Positions 23,262 to 37,574 of a stretch of 64,000 nucleotides of DNA are shown here, in pieces. This stretch comes from Octopus sinensis (Eukaryota). The notes under the pieces were generated by a model. It ran no database searches and was not told the origin of the DNA. It saw nothing but the letters and a program-made list of their open reading frames with translations. A program made the position numbers and the translations under genes. Where the stretch lies: contig NC_042999.1 in NCBI RefSeq assembly GCF_006345805.1, positions 25,420,001-25,484,000 on the forward strand. The letters run 5' to 3'. Numbering within the stretch: position 1 is the first letter of the stretch; each line of letters starts with the position of its first letter.

Positions 23262-24250
23262 TCACTGCCTTATGAAGATTTTACAGGCTTATGGAACCCT
23301 CAAAAAGATAGTGGGCCTGATATCACTGCACTACACCAACACCAGATCCCGATTCATTACACTTAACGGGACGACAGAGTTTTTGAGATACTAGCTGGAG
23401 TGTTCCAGTGAGAAACATTGGCTCCCTACCTTTTTATTATCGTAGTGGATTATTGTATATGCATTATGTTGGAGAAACACGAGGCCTTTGGCTTTACTGT
23501 AGCGCAAGGTTAAAAAGATATCAGATGCTGAATTTGCTGGTGACAGTTCTGGTGACGAACACAGTGAAGGAGGCAGAGGAGTTGATGCATGAAGTGGAGA
23601 CTGTGTCGATAAGTGTGGGGTTGAATATTAATGAGATTAAGACGAAGAATCTGGTAGAAAACATTAAGAAGCCAGAGAAGACTATGAATGTAGGCGGGAA
23701 GTCACTAGAGTTGGTTGAGGACTTCCTGTATCTGGGAGCAAAGATTGGGAACACAGAGGGTGATATAGCTGAGAGGAAGGGCAACGCCTAGGCAGCATGT
23801 CACAGTCTGAGATCTCTATGGAAGCCGGACCTTCATAAAGACTTGAAGATGCGTCTCTTCGTTGCTGCAGTGGAGTCTGTGCTGTTGTACGTGTATGAGA
23901 CTTGGTCACTAACCAAGAAACTCACTCAGATGATGGGTGGGTGCTACACGAGGATGAAGAACTCAAAGCTGTACGAGAGCCTCCTAATAGTTAGCTCGAA
24001 AAGAACACAGAGGAGATGGAGGTTAGCTGGATATGCTCACAGTCATTCGGAGCTGATACCGCACTCAGTGCTCCTGTGGGAGACCCTACATGGACACACT
24101 AGAACAGGGAGGAGACAGAAGATGACGTATGTTGATGCCCGGTCGACAGGGACTGGTCTCTGGGAGACGCAGGACATTGTAGCGATGATGAGGAACAAGG
24201 ACCGCTGGAGAGAACTTGTCCAAAGAGCTCGAGAATTTTACGTGCCCTAG
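23262..24250 (+). mobile_element. RTE/RTE-X-type LINE, decayed reverse transcriptase 3' half
   Basis: MKILQAYGTPQKIVGLISLHYTNT, GVFQ*ETLAPYLFIIVVDY, DAEFAGD (cf. DLDFADD), FLYLG, LFVAAVESVLLYVYETWSLTK. Confidence 0.9.
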
Positions 24251-24613
24251 ATAGATACATACATTATTTCTCTGGAAAGCATCACACGTCATTAGAAGTC
24301 GACCAAAAATATCATGAAGTTAATACATCATTATGTGATACGACGTTGTCGCAAAAACAATATTCAATATCATTCGGGAAAATGCCTGTCCTGGAATAAA
24401 TATTGAGAACTGCCCTGGTCCGTCCTAGCTTAATGTGGTGTATTTCAGATGGATTCACACTGATTGTTTAAGTCAGAAACATGCCCTGACAACCTGATGC
24501 TTTGCAATCTCAAAGATTACATTTCTTGCTTAGCTGAATAAAGATTTGCTGCTTAGGTTAATGAACGTTTATATACATACATATATACATACATACATGT
24601 TTGAACTTATGTA

Positions 24614-24682
<69 letters not shown>

Positions 24683-25022
24683 ATATAATTAAATAAATAT
24701 GTACGCATGTATGTATCTGTGTGTGTGATTACATACATTTCTATTTACATATGTACGTATGTGTAGAATGTAATGTATATTGGGTCATTAACTCCAAATG
24801 CATTCTATGCAGACAATTAGATTTGTGTAACTGTATATAAATACGTGCATACAGACACACATACACATGTGTACACACATATGCACACACATATACATAC
24901 ATACACACATACACATATATACATATACATATACATATATATACATACATACGTACATATATATGTATATATATATACATGTATATTCGTATATATATAT
25001 ATAAATATTCACACGCACATGC

Positions 25023-25087
<65 letters not shown>

Positions 25088-25145
25088 CATACATACATAC
25101 GTATGTGTCTGTGTGTATACAGATACAGACATGTATGTATATATA

Positions 25146-25177
<32 letters not shown>

Positions 25178-27589
25178 GTACATATGCATGTTTAAAGATA
25201 TTTAGAATTGGTCTATATACGGTATATAGTCATAGAAACCACTTATACTTCCAGCATTAACTCAGATATCTGCCGTTCAAATCTTAAAACATCAACATTA
25301 TTCATCAATGTCTAGTATACTTTCTTTTTCTTTCATTTCATGGACTTAAATTTAATTTTGTGTCAAAGAAGTTGACTGTTTCTGTACAATTTCACTGGAC
25401 AAATATGTACTTTATGTGACTGAATGTATTTTTGTTTATTTCGTTCATTCAACAGAAGCATTGTTACAGAAAATGATGTTAGTCTCATATAATTTGTTTC
25501 ATTTTTAAAAGCCAAAATAGAGAAGGATGTTATGGCAAGTTGTGAAATCAGTGTTTCTATGTAAAAGACATATCTATTTACTTTATCAATAACCGCTGCT
25601 TCAACACGGCCATTCTCCGATGTTAAAAAAAAATAAAATCGTAAAAGGAACGGTATTTGTCTGCTTTTTGTAAATCAGAACGAGATTTCAACTTCTTGCA
25701 AAAGCGAGTTTAGAGTAGTGTTGTAAATCCAACTAGAAATAGAACTTTTATCTCTGTCACAACTCATTGAGAAATCGCTTAGTTATCTGCATTAATTACT
25801 CAGAAGATAAGGATGATGCATCGTTGTGAAGCCGGGTGTGTAAAGAAAAGGAATAAATGGACTGATTCCTATAGCAAAACTCATTATGATACCAGAACAA
25901 AAACATTCATAGAGGAACACACCCAGTATTTGAGTTATCGAGTCAGGATAATGCAAAATACAATAGAACAGGAAGTTGGGATTTTATTCATTCCGACAGA
26001 TCTTTATGTTATTTGCTAAAAGTTCAATCACCGATATTTAACGATGATGTATTTTAATTACGGCTCAGAGGAGAAATAACCTCTCATGTAACTATGTAGG
26101 GACTAGGGGCACAAGTTGTAACTAAAGACACCAAAGATTGCAATAACATAGACTCGTATAAATATACACAAGTATTAAACCACTTGATAATTAAATGAAC
26201 TCTTGTAAAGGCGTCTTTGGTGTTGGAATATATCTACCACTCAAAATCACAGTTTTATCGAGACACATGTAAAATAATCTAGGTGAAATAAATGTGTGCA
26301 GATGGCTGTGAGATGCAGGCAACAAATTCGTGGTCGACACCTTCTAAGCTGGAAGCTCATACTTTACCCATTTTGTTATTACACAGAAATGTAGTTTAAT
26401 GTGTAAATGAAGCAATACCGTTTTAGTTCAGATGAAGTTTAGTTATATATTCCGAAGTTATTGTCTTTAAATATCTATGTAGACATCGCTATTACATACT
26501 GAATTCATGAAAAATCATCGATTCTTTTATTAACAAAAGACCATGGATACACAGAGGACAAAATCAAATTATATAGCCTAAGTGTTTCTACCATGAACTG
26601 TTATTATGGTTAGCACCTATCGTTTGCTATTTCCATATTCTTAAAACGAAAATTCTTTACTTCTACACTAAATGACATGTCTGCATTTAAAATAAAACCT
26701 GACAGACCTGTCAGGCGTTATTTCCAGAAATGTAGACTTGCTGGTTTCAAAGACCAAATTACTCATAAAATCTCGTTTCCATCAACGACATTAAACCCAT
26801 AACCACACCAGTTCCTTTTCATCTCTCCGCTGACAATTACACTGCAATAGCTCAGTCCATCTAGCTGTAATACTAGACTTTTATTGTTAAGGTTCTTTAG
26901 AACTAGATCAAACCTGACGAAGAAGATCTAGGAATAAAGGTATTCCAGCCTTAGTTACATGGTTTTTTTTAAGTGTTATAAAACTAAATTCTTTCAAAGT
27001 CGTAAGTTTTATGAGTTGGGGCAAATTTGGTTGTCACTTTCAGAAAGCTGAGTGATCACGTTGAGTGTCTCTCATACACTCGGGCTGTAGATAGTTTCAA
27101 ATAGAAAATATTTCAATGAAACACTGTTGGCTCCAGATGGAAGTTGAGAGCATAGCCTTCACATTCCATCAAAGTTCATGCTCGAAACATATTTGCTGGG
27201 AAAATGGGAGAGGAGAAATATTTCAGAGAATTTTAGGCTTTGGGTAAGAAGTTGTAGTAGTAGCTGTTTGTATGCTGTCATAGTTTAGCCATATTCCAAC
27301 CCTCATCCAGTAGAGTCATAATTATAGTGTGTGTGCGTGCGCGCGCGGGTGTATGTGTGTTTCCACTTGTCTTGATATAATGTGATCATTGTAAACGAGC
27401 ATCACCGTCACACAAGTGATGCTGTTCATTTCCAGTCTTTCGTAAAAAAACATGTCAGATTATGCGGAAATATTACCTTGCTTTCAAACAAATGATGGTT
27501 GGTGATAGAATGACATCCGGCCGTAAAAAAGTCTGCATCAACTAATTCCTTCTGATCGATGCAAGCATAGAAATCTAAACGTTCAATGA

Positions 27590-27594
27590 TGATA

Positions 27595-27636
<42 letters not shown>

Positions 27637-27805
27637 TCGTTGACGACGATGAAGATGCTGCTGCTGCTGATGATGATGATGATGAAGATGATGATGTCGA
27701 TGATGATGTCGATGATGATGTCGATGACGACGATGATGATGTTGATGATAATGATGATGCTGATGACGATGGTAATGACGATGATGACGATGATGATGAT
27801 GCAGT
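27590..27805. repeat. (GAT)n-type trinucleotide microsatellite
   Basis: Directly visible; explains the poly-M, poly-S and poly-I ORFs. Confidence 0.95.
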
Positions 27806-27864
27806 CGTGGCCACTCCGTGTTTCTTGGAATGTAGTGGACAGGTCAGTATTATCTAAAATATTA

Positions 27865-28064
27865 GGCAGCGAGGTGGCAAGTCCCGCGATATGCATGGCG
27901 GCATTTCTTCCTTCTTCACGTTCTGAATAAAAGATTCCGCTGAGGTCGACTTTGCTTCTCACCCTTTTGGGAACGATAAAATAAGTGCCAGTTGTACAGT
28001 GGGGTCGTTGTAATCGAATTAAACCCTCCCCGGAAATTGCTGAATTTGCGCCAAAATTTGAAAT
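27865..28064 (+). mobile_element. SINE family A, degenerate
   Basis: GGCAGCGAGGTGGCAAG..GAGGTCGACTTTGC. Confidence 0.75.
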
Positions 28065-29391
28065 ATAACGCAATTTAAAAACAAAAATACCCTTTCCAAG
28101 TGATTAATAAGAGATTTGGTTTCTATTCTTTGCGGACCGAGTAATCCTATTGTCTGGTGAGATAATCGTACGAAGAGATGAGGAGAGACCGATGCGTCTT
28201 GTGAAAATAAGCAAGGACCTGGTACAATTTGGGGGCGTCAGAAGGACCTTGGAATATAGAAAAAGTGAAAATGGCTAGCTGTTGTCGTAGTCATTACACA
28301 AATGAACTTTATTTGGAGAAACCTTTCGGTCTGAACTCAAGTATCTCGTGGTTCTGAGGAGATAAGAGAACTAGATATTTTTCTGCGCTGAATGTCTTTA
28401 CAAACTCCACCAAGAGAGCATGTACTAATTAATGGGGATAGTATATATCAGTATTCTAAGTTGAGTAAAATAGTTTCAAAAATGTTCCAAAACCATTTTA
28501 AGCTTGTGAAGCCGAGTTGGTTTGTTTACGTCTCTATAATTAAGCGATTCGGTTAAAGAAACCGATAGAATAAGTACCAGAATTTAAAATAAAAATAAGT
28601 ACTGTGGCCAATTTGTTTGATGAAAGCCCTCGGTCGGTATGCTCCTCAATGGCCGCTGTCCAATGACTGAAACGTGATAAAAGATACACACAGACAGATA
28701 AAAGATACACATATACACGCACACAGAAACTTTTGGTAGTTCCTAATTAGCATTGTATAATTAGTAAAATATAATTGTATAATTAGTAAAAGTAGGAAAG
28801 GGGAAGAAAATGAAAGAAAAGATGCAGAAATTTAAAAAAGACGAGATGAGAATATTAGCTTGGTGTGGATTGAAGTAAAGATTACTATTTAAGTCTGAAT
28901 TTTCTGGCAGAGTTCAAGAAACGTTAATTTTTACTTCACCTCAGAACACAAACGTGCAACATTCGCCCACTTCCGCTATTACATATATATATATTTATTT
29001 ATCTATTAATTTTATTTATTTATTTTGGTTAATTTTAAATCCGGTGGAAGCAGACAAACAGCATTGCAATAGTATTAGAAGTAATTTAAAAACAGACTGA
29101 ATACAGAAGAATTACAAGAATCAAATAAACTGGGTGAAGATAAGAGCTACCGGAACTTAAGTAACTAAATTAGAACATAAAAAATGATACACACGCAAAC
29201 TATTAAATGGCAACGTTCTATTAGAACTAAGATAATGTGTGTGTGTTTATGTGTGTGGGTGGGTGTGTAAACTATTAATTCAACAGAATAGCCGTTTTAT
29301 TTCACCGAACGGAATGTAATTTCAAGAGTGAATATGTGAGGAACCTATAGCTCTCTGTTTTAAGATATACGCACGAACATAGGCACACACG

Positions 29392-29482
<91 letters not shown>

Positions 29483-29504
29483 TTTTTTTATTTATTTATT
29501 TATT

Positions 29505-29949
29505 TTTTACTTGTTTCAGTCATTTGACTGCGGCCATGCTGGAGCACCACCTTTAGTCGAGCAAATCGATCCCGGGACTTATTCTTTGTAAGCCCAGTAC
29601 TTATTCTATCGGTCTTTTTTTGCCGAACCGCTAAGTGACGGGGATGTAAACACACCAGCATCGGTTGTCAAGCAATGCTAGGGGGACAGACACAGACACA
29701 CAAGCACACACACATACATATATACATATATATACATATATATATACATATATATATATATATACATACATATATACATATATACGACAGGCTTCTTTCA
29801 GTTTCCGTCTACCAAATCCACTCACAAGGCATTGGTCGGCCCGGGGCTATAGCAGAAGACACTTGCCCAAGATGCCACGCAGTGGGACTGAACCCGGAAC
29901 CATGTGGTTGGTTAGCAAGCTACTTACCACACAGCCACTCCTGCGCCTA
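29505..29949 (-). mobile_element. SINE family B, full length
   Basis: Closely similar to 7125-7537 and 40484-40906. Confidence 0.9.
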
Positions 29950-30248
29950 TATATACAATAATTTAATAAATATAATATATGCATACATACATACATATAT
30001 GTACGTACCTACATCTACATGTATATATACATGCATATATATATATATATCAGTACAGGACACCACAAATAAACGTAGAACTCAACGAGAAACGAAAACG
30101 TAAAAACAAACTAGGAAACGGACTTTTTTTAACAACGAAAAAAAACAGAGTACAAGACAACATATATATATATATATATATGTCCCAACGCTATAAACAC
30201 ACGCAGACATATACAATTATTACATATTTTATTCTATTCACTTTAAAT

Positions 30249-30322
<74 letters not shown>

Positions 30323-30341
30323 CTCTCTCTCTCTCTCTCTA

Positions 30342-30383
<42 letters not shown>

Positions 30384-30434
30384 CATAAATACATACAGAT
30401 ACACACACATACACGTATATGTACACATGCTTAA

Positions 30435-30472
<38 letters not shown>

Positions 30473-30543
30473 AATATATTAGATTAGACATTTTAAAAGA
30501 ATCTTTTGCAGAACAATTTCGGTTTGCTTTTTCGTTTCTTCAG

Positions 30544-30594
30544 TATGTACAAAATGGCCGAAACATTGTAGAATATGAAAACCATCAAAAGAAC
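30544..30594 (+). CDS. Candidate internal coding exon (51 nt, phase 0-0): YVQNGRNIVEYENHQKN
   Basis: Acceptor TTTGCTTTTTCGTTTCTTCAG, donor AAC|GTACGT, only the phase-0 frame is open; phase-compatible with 15900-15962. Confidence 0.5.
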
Positions 30595-31232
30595 GTACGT
30601 CTATAGCACATCGACTCCATAGAAATTTTGTTATAAAACATTATTTTCGTAGGATAACAACTATTTTTAATGTGTCTGTTACGGAAGTAAAACATAGTTT
30701 TCGAATAGCGATGATTATAATGGCAAATATTTCTTACATTATTTACATACTATTTCGCGCGTTAAGTATTTTCATGACGTATAATATTATGGATATCAAC
30801 ATTGCTGAGCAAAAATACCTCAGGGGATTGCTCTACCGACTGAATACAACTACGATAGTGTCTGACATCCACAATGTAATTGAGCTGCAAACCTTCGATC
30901 AGATGAAAGTCTATGAACTAATGAGTCTGTTTGTTTCCTTTTAAATCTCCCTAGCCTCGTCATTTATGGTGCTTTAGATTTTCGACTTCATTCTATGCAT
31001 TCAGACTAATACACACAGAGAAACACAACCGCACTAATACACGCAAACACACAGACACAGACACATATACCCACCTATATATATATAGATACATACATAT
31101 CTACGCAAAGACGGGCATACAAATGCATGCACATGAATGCATATAGAGATGAGTACAATTATATGAATACGCACACACATACACACATACACAGAGACAC
31201 AAACAAACACACATATATATATATATACAAAA

Positions 31233-31461
31233 GGCGGTGAGCTGGCAGAAACGTTAGCACGCCGGACGAAATGCGTAGCCGTATTTCGTCTGCCGTTACA
31301 TTTTGGGTTCAAATTCCGCCGAGGTCGACTTTGCCTTTCATCCTTTCGGGGTCAATAAATTAAGTACCAGTTACGCACTGGGGTCGATGTAATCGATTTA
31401 ATCCGTTTGTCTGTCCTTGTTCATCCCCTCTGTGTTTAGCCCCTTGTGGGTAGTAAAGAAA
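31233..31461 (+). mobile_element. SINE family A flanked by a roughly 150-bp direct duplication
   Basis: Full-length copy; 31078-31228 is repeated at about 31463-31609. Confidence 0.9.
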
Positions 31462-32654
31462 AATATATACATAGATACATACATATCTACGCACAGACGG
31501 GCATACAAATATATGCACATGAATGCATATAGAGCTGAGTACGATTATATGAATACACACACACATACACACATACACAGAGACACAAACAAACACACAT
31601 ATATATACATACATACAGGCATGCGCATAAGCATATAGACTGTGACGTATTTATTCCATAAATCGTCCTTTTATATCTCGTATTATAATTCCCCCTTCCG
31701 CTCATTCTTTTTGTTTCCTTTTTCATATTTTGCCTATCCACCTTCTGCCAGTCTATCTCTCTATATTCCTCTCTCCCTCCCTCTCCTTCCATTCATTCGT
31801 AATATTCTCGCCATTAGTGAGGTATATATATATATATATATATATATATTTGACGGCTCCATAATGAACCACTTCAAGCTCTGCTGTTAGTTTGAATGCG
31901 TCAATAATTCAAGTATTTTCCCGGATCTAACACACGCTCTCTACTAGCAAATTCAATATTAATATCTTACGTACACACTATATAGGTATGATGATGTTAA
32001 CAATGGCAATTTAACTATATTTCTTTGGTCACAAATATAGGACAAGTGCGTACCAACATCATCTAGTTGTGTTTGGAGTTCGAAAAGAATATGTTGCCGA
32101 TATATTGCAGAAGTTCCTTAAGAAACACGGAATACACTAAGAAATATTTGCGGTTTATGCATAATTGAGAAATGTATAATACGCATAAAGCAAACAAGAA
32201 AGCTATCTAAATATCGGTAATCATCAATAAATATCATTATTTTGACAATATTTTCTAAAACACTGAAAGTATATAAGGCTGAATGATTCAGTGCAATAAT
32301 ACGTAACTAAACACTCTTGCTCAGTATTCATAACCGATCATTATAAAATAACGATCATCATAAGTAACTGATCATTATAAGTAACCGATCATTATAAAAT
32401 AATAATTGTAAAATAATTAAACGTGATGTACTGGGAATTATTTTATCGACCGCGAAATGATGAAAATTATAGTCGACCTCGGCAGAATTTAAACTCAGAA
32501 GTAATGAATCGGAAGATATCTCTCAAAACATTTTCCTGCGGCTAAAAATTCAGTCAACTGAAATCGCCGTGTTAATAATATTAATAGTTTCATTTTAAAA
32601 TAATAATAATAATAACAGCAACAACAACAACAATAGTAATGATGATGATAATAA

Positions 32655-33167
32655 ATGCCCTATTTCAGTAGCATGCTGCATCAGGGCTTCCGGTCTTGGT
32701 ATAAAAGATGAACTACAGTAAATATTCTGCTCAATACCACATATTTTCTTGTCAGTTACTTGACCGTAACCAGTTGAACATGTCCCTTAGTTGCTGACGA
32801 TATGTGCATCTCTGATCACGAGCAGAATTAGTGAGGGAGCATCATAGCCATGTGTTGAGAGAAATTCTTTGGGGTTTGGATAATTCACCTGGAAACATGG
32901 GAGTTTTGCTCAACATCCTTAAACGACCCTTATTCAGGGATCTTTTGAGAGAGATGGGCTACTGGACCTGAAGAAAATATTCTAACTGGGCCCCCACCTG
33001 CTCAGTCATGCGCTGTTTATCTTGATATGAGATCACGATGTCACGCACATATGGCTTTGATGCATGTGTCTAGTGTACCCTTATCAGACGGGTAGTCATG
33101 ATGGATATGCTGGATTCGTATATTTTACCCCAGTGTCACTTTGTCGGCATGCACTGCTCTCTCACTC
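32655..33167 (+). mobile_element. Family D repeat, opposite orientation
   Basis: Reverse complement of the 15074-15589 type; preceded by (TAA/CAA/GAT)n; ends CTCTCTCACTC followed by AGTAATAGTAA. Confidence 0.8.
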
Positions 33168-33269
33168 AGTAATAGTAAGGGTGCCTTCTACCAATGTGGA
33201 AACTAATGTCAGGTGCTTTGTCCAGTGAACTGAATAAATACTTGGTAAAAACCTCAGTCCAGCTATATT

Positions 33270-33530
33270 TATAGCTTTGAAGCAGATGGAATCAAACTCA
33301 ACGGCATGAAGGAAAAGACAAAAAGAGAGCGCCTGCGGCGAGTGAGGAAGATATTGGCTTCAAAGCTGAATGCCAGAAACATACGTTATTCGGCAATAAA
33401 CTTCGCATACGCATTCTCAGAAATTCGGTATGGCACTGGAATCCTGAAGTGGACAGCGGGGGAGCTAAAGGAGACGGACAGGAAGTTAAGAAAGCTCCTA
33501 ACGATTCGTGGTGTGCGGCGTACGGGCTAG
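33270..33530 (+). mobile_element. R4/Dong-type LINE RT-thumb fragment
   Basis: EADGIKLNGMKEKTKRERLRRVRKILASKLNARN..IRYGTGILKWTAGELKETDRKLRKLLT. Confidence 0.8.
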
Positions 33531-33990
33531 TCGATTACATCAACCCCAGTACTGAACTGATATTTATTTTATCGATCTCGAAAAGATGAAAGGCAAGTCG
33601 ATCTTGGCGGAATTTGAACTCAGAACGTACAGACGGACAAAATGCTGCTAAGCATTATCTCGGCGTGCGAATGATTCTGAATAACAATTACAATACCATT
33701 AAGGAAAAAGGAAAGAAGTGGATTAAAAACAGGAGACAACAGAAAATAAAAGTTGAAATATTGGAATAAAAGAGGTAATATTAGAGAAAAAGAAAGTGGC
33801 TAGCTGGCAGAAACGTTAGTAGGCTGGCCAAAATGCATAGCGGTATTTGGTCATTCTGAAATCGACTTTACTTTTCATTCTTTCGGTATCGATAAAATAA
33901 GTACCTGTTGAGCACTGGGGTTGATGTGCTCGGCGTATCCCCTTACGCGAAGATGCTGACCTTTCCGCAAAGTTGAAATCAATATTATGA
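33525..33990. mobile_element. Two degenerate SINE family A pieces (33525-33680 minus; 33800-33990 plus)
   Basis: GATGAAAGGCAAGTCGATCTTGGCGGAATTTGAACTC and GCTGGCAGAAACGTTAG motifs. Confidence 0.7.
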
Positions 33991-34736
33991 AAAATAGCTA
34001 CATACACACACACACAAACATATTTGCAAAAAAAAACAACAAACAAGAAATTGAAATAATTATATGTGCGTATGTGTTTGTATGCGTGTGTTTGTGTATG
34101 TGTGTTTGCGTATGGTGTGTGTTGTATATATACATATAAAGAGATACTAATATAAACATCATAACTTAGAGGATGACAATGAGAAATTAAGCGACAAATA
34201 CATAGTAAATGGTTTCGAGAATAGAGAGGAGGAAGAGAGAGAGAGAGAGAGAGAGCGAGAGCGAGAGAGAAAGTGAGAGAGTGAGTCAGAGAAATGTTAA
34301 CAAATGTGCGAAGAGAAATGTCGGACGAGACTATAAACTAGAATTGCTGATTCCACATCATCTGGGATTGGTGACACATAACAATTGAACAATTGAAAAA
34401 ATTAAGGATTAAGACTAGAGACTGGGATGCATACGAATGAATGATTATCTTAATAAATGGCAGAGTTTATTGCAAGCATTTGTTAAGGGAGACAGCAATA
34501 ATTCATGCGTTACATTATAAATATATTAAACTGAATTATCTTCCGTTTAAACTATTCCCTTTCAATTCCCACAGCCATTAGAGTAGTAGTGGCATTCCTT
34601 TAAATATCTGCGTCTCTATCATGGTTTCTGATTTATGTGACTCTGTCTGTCTGTCTCTCTGTCAGTCAGACTTTCTGTCTGTCCTGTCTGTCTCTCTTTC
34701 TCTCTCTCTCCTCTCTCTCTCCTTCTATATATATTA

Positions 34737-34778
<42 letters not shown>

Positions 34779-34782
<4 letters not shown>

Positions 34783-34930
34783 AGAGTTACGAAAAAACAA
34801 CAAAAGACGAAGACAAGTGTGTACAAAACAAACAGATGTATTAGTATAAACACTCAGGAATAGAAAAAGTCTTATACGTTTCGAGCCTACGCTCTTCTAC
34901 AGAAAGGGACACAGGAAAAACAAGGAGAGA
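34779..34930 (-). mobile_element. Penelope-like end with A6U hammerhead-like motif (34871-34906)
   Basis: Homologous to 8357-8520; reverse complement CTTT CTGTAGA A GAGC-GTAG-GCTC GAAA CG TA TAAG. Confidence 0.65.
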
Positions 34931-36198
34931 AATAAGGAGTGAAAAAAAGGAGAGAAAAAAGGAAAGAAAAAAGGAGAGAGAAAAAAGCGCGCGTGTGTGT
35001 AATAACACACATACACACATATGTATATCTTATAATAATTCTTCTTGTCATTGCGTTACTTAGCCCGTCGGTAACTCTTTCGCGTGATTAGTTGAAGCGA
35101 CAGAGAGAAGACAGAAAAAGGAGAGGAGAAATAGGATAAGGTGAAGAGTGAGACAGAGAGAGCGAGTAAGAGAAATAAAAAGAGGGAGAGAGAAGCGTCC
35201 ATGACGTGAGGTAGGGGGAACCTAATATTTATTGCCTGGTTAAAAAAGGTTAGTTGAAGATAGAGGAGGAGAATTGAAGATATAATTTTAACAGAGGGGT
35301 GATATTTTGATGGTGAGGTTAAGGAAAGGCAGAGAGACGGAGTGAGTAAAGAGAGATGATGGAGGAAGAGAGGAGAGAGAAAACTAAAGGGGAGAGAGGG
35401 GAAGAAAGAGAAGATGGAGAGAGATAGGAGAGGGACGATGGAGAGAGAGGGGAGAGAGAAAGAGAGAGGAGAGATGATGATGGTGGTGGTAGAGATGGAG
35501 TGGGTGGAGATGGAGGTGGTGATGGTGGTGGTGTTGATTAGATAGTGAAAGCTATTCTTTTCTTAAACTAAGTCTTTGTATATCCCTTATCACTTAACGC
35601 ATGCGCATAAGTGCAACTCCGTGAAATATTCACGCTAATGTACGTGGCAGATATATGCAATTTAATTAAACGTTGTATCATATGTATATTGATTTTGCTT
35701 ATGGGAAAATTGGGAAAATAAGAGTGAATATTTATTTGGTGAGTGCTGTGTATAATTCTATAAAATTGTGCATAACGTATATAATGTGTATATATAAAGT
35801 GCATTAAGTAATCATCGTATTCCAATTTCTTTCACTTTTCAATGAGTAGCAGATGAAAAACCATCTTTCCATACAGACATGACACAGAACACACTTGGGT
35901 TTTTTGGAGAGAGTTTTCAGAAATAACCCAAGAGGTTAACAATTAAATCCGTGAAATATTCCCGGGTCTAGTTAGTATATATAAATATATGTGTGTACGG
36001 TTGTATTTCTTCTCGAAGCGATGAAAATATTTTGGCAAATTAAATTTAAATGTTGAAGAGGATCTAACGGTTTTTGGTTTTTGTTTGTTTTTAAATATCT
36101 TATAAACACTTCCGCGCTGCAATTCTTTTCGTTTCAGCACACGGTCTCAGATCAGGTCACAGGCTATGCAAGTACATCTCCGTAATATATAAATGAAA

Positions 36199-36248
<50 letters not shown>

Positions 36249-36297
36249 TGTGTGTGTGTGTGTATGTGCGTGTATGTGTGTGTGCGAGTATTATATA

Positions 36298-36477
36298 TAG
36301 GCGTAGGAGTGACTGTGTGGTAAGTAGCTTGCTTACCAACCACGTTGTTCCGGGTTCAGTCCCACTGCGTGGCACCTCAGGCAAGTGTCTTCTACTATAG
36401 CCTCGGGCCGACCAAAGGCTTGTGAGTAGATTTGGTAGACGGAAACTGAAAGAAGCTCGTCGTGTATATGTATATAT

Positions 36478-36553
<76 letters not shown>

Positions 36554-36786
36554 GGTTTTGTGTGTGTGTGTGTATATTTGTGGTGTCTGTGTTTGTCCCC
36601 CAACATCGCCTGACAACCGATGCGGGTGTAATTTACGTTGCCGTAACTTAGCAAACGAGACCGATGGAATAGGCAGTAGGCTTACAAAGAATAAGTCCTG
36701 GGGTCGATTTGCTCGACTAAAGGTGGTGCTCCATTATATTCACAGTCAAAGGACTGAAACAAGTAAAAGAGTTAAAAGAGTAAGAG
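36298..36786 (+). mobile_element. SINE family B, full length with internal (TA)n
   Basis: TAGGCGTAGGAGTGACTGTGTGG..GGCACCTCAGGCAAGTGTC..tail AAGTAAAAGAG. Confidence 0.9.
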
Positions 36787-37176
36787 AGAATAATGGTTTT
36801 TGGTGCCTGCAGTCACCTATATTATTGATTCTGTTATTATCATTTTTAATTGTTATATTAGATAATAATAGAGTCAATGATATCTTCGCAAATATTTTCC
36901 CCATAAATCAGTTGCAGCGCAGACCTCAGCGTGATGGGTTGGGGCTCTCCATCATGGTAACTCGTGGTGGGGAAGGTGAGGCTGTAATGCCAGGCCAGAA
37001 ACCGATCGATGTGAGTCCAAATGCTTGAATTCATGTTGAGAGATTGTTTTAGCCCGTTTGCCTTCAGACTGTTGAATTCTGTAGTTATTATCGGTGAATT
37101 TTGTGGATTTAAATTAGAGATTTGACTGTTATTTCCAGCAGGTAGATATATTAATTTTAATCCTTCAGCTATATAT

Positions 37177-37268
<92 letters not shown>

Positions 37269-37574
37269 CATATACATATATATATATATTTATATACGTT
37301 TATACACACACACACACACACATATACATACATGTATTTATATATCTCTAGCAGACGAGGTATATATATCGGAGGCAGCTGTGCAACGTTTTAACCAGCT
37401 ACAGATGTCTTCTCGGTGTAAAAAATCGCAGTAAAATCCGTTCGAACGGACAGCAATGTTGAAGTGGTAACGAACATTACTTGCTAGTACAACTACTGCG
37501 GTGATCTCTTAGACTATGTGCCGCCTGAAATTAAATATATTGCGAGTAGTAGTGAGCTGCTGCCATCTCTAGGA

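Noticed and set aside
26905-26945. CTGACGAAG motif resembling a hammerhead core
   Set aside because: No helix II and no downstream GAAA.
35340-35540. Purine-rich tract as a G-quadruplex or regulatory element
   Set aside because: Low-complexity GA/GGT repeat typical of this genome; no specific support.
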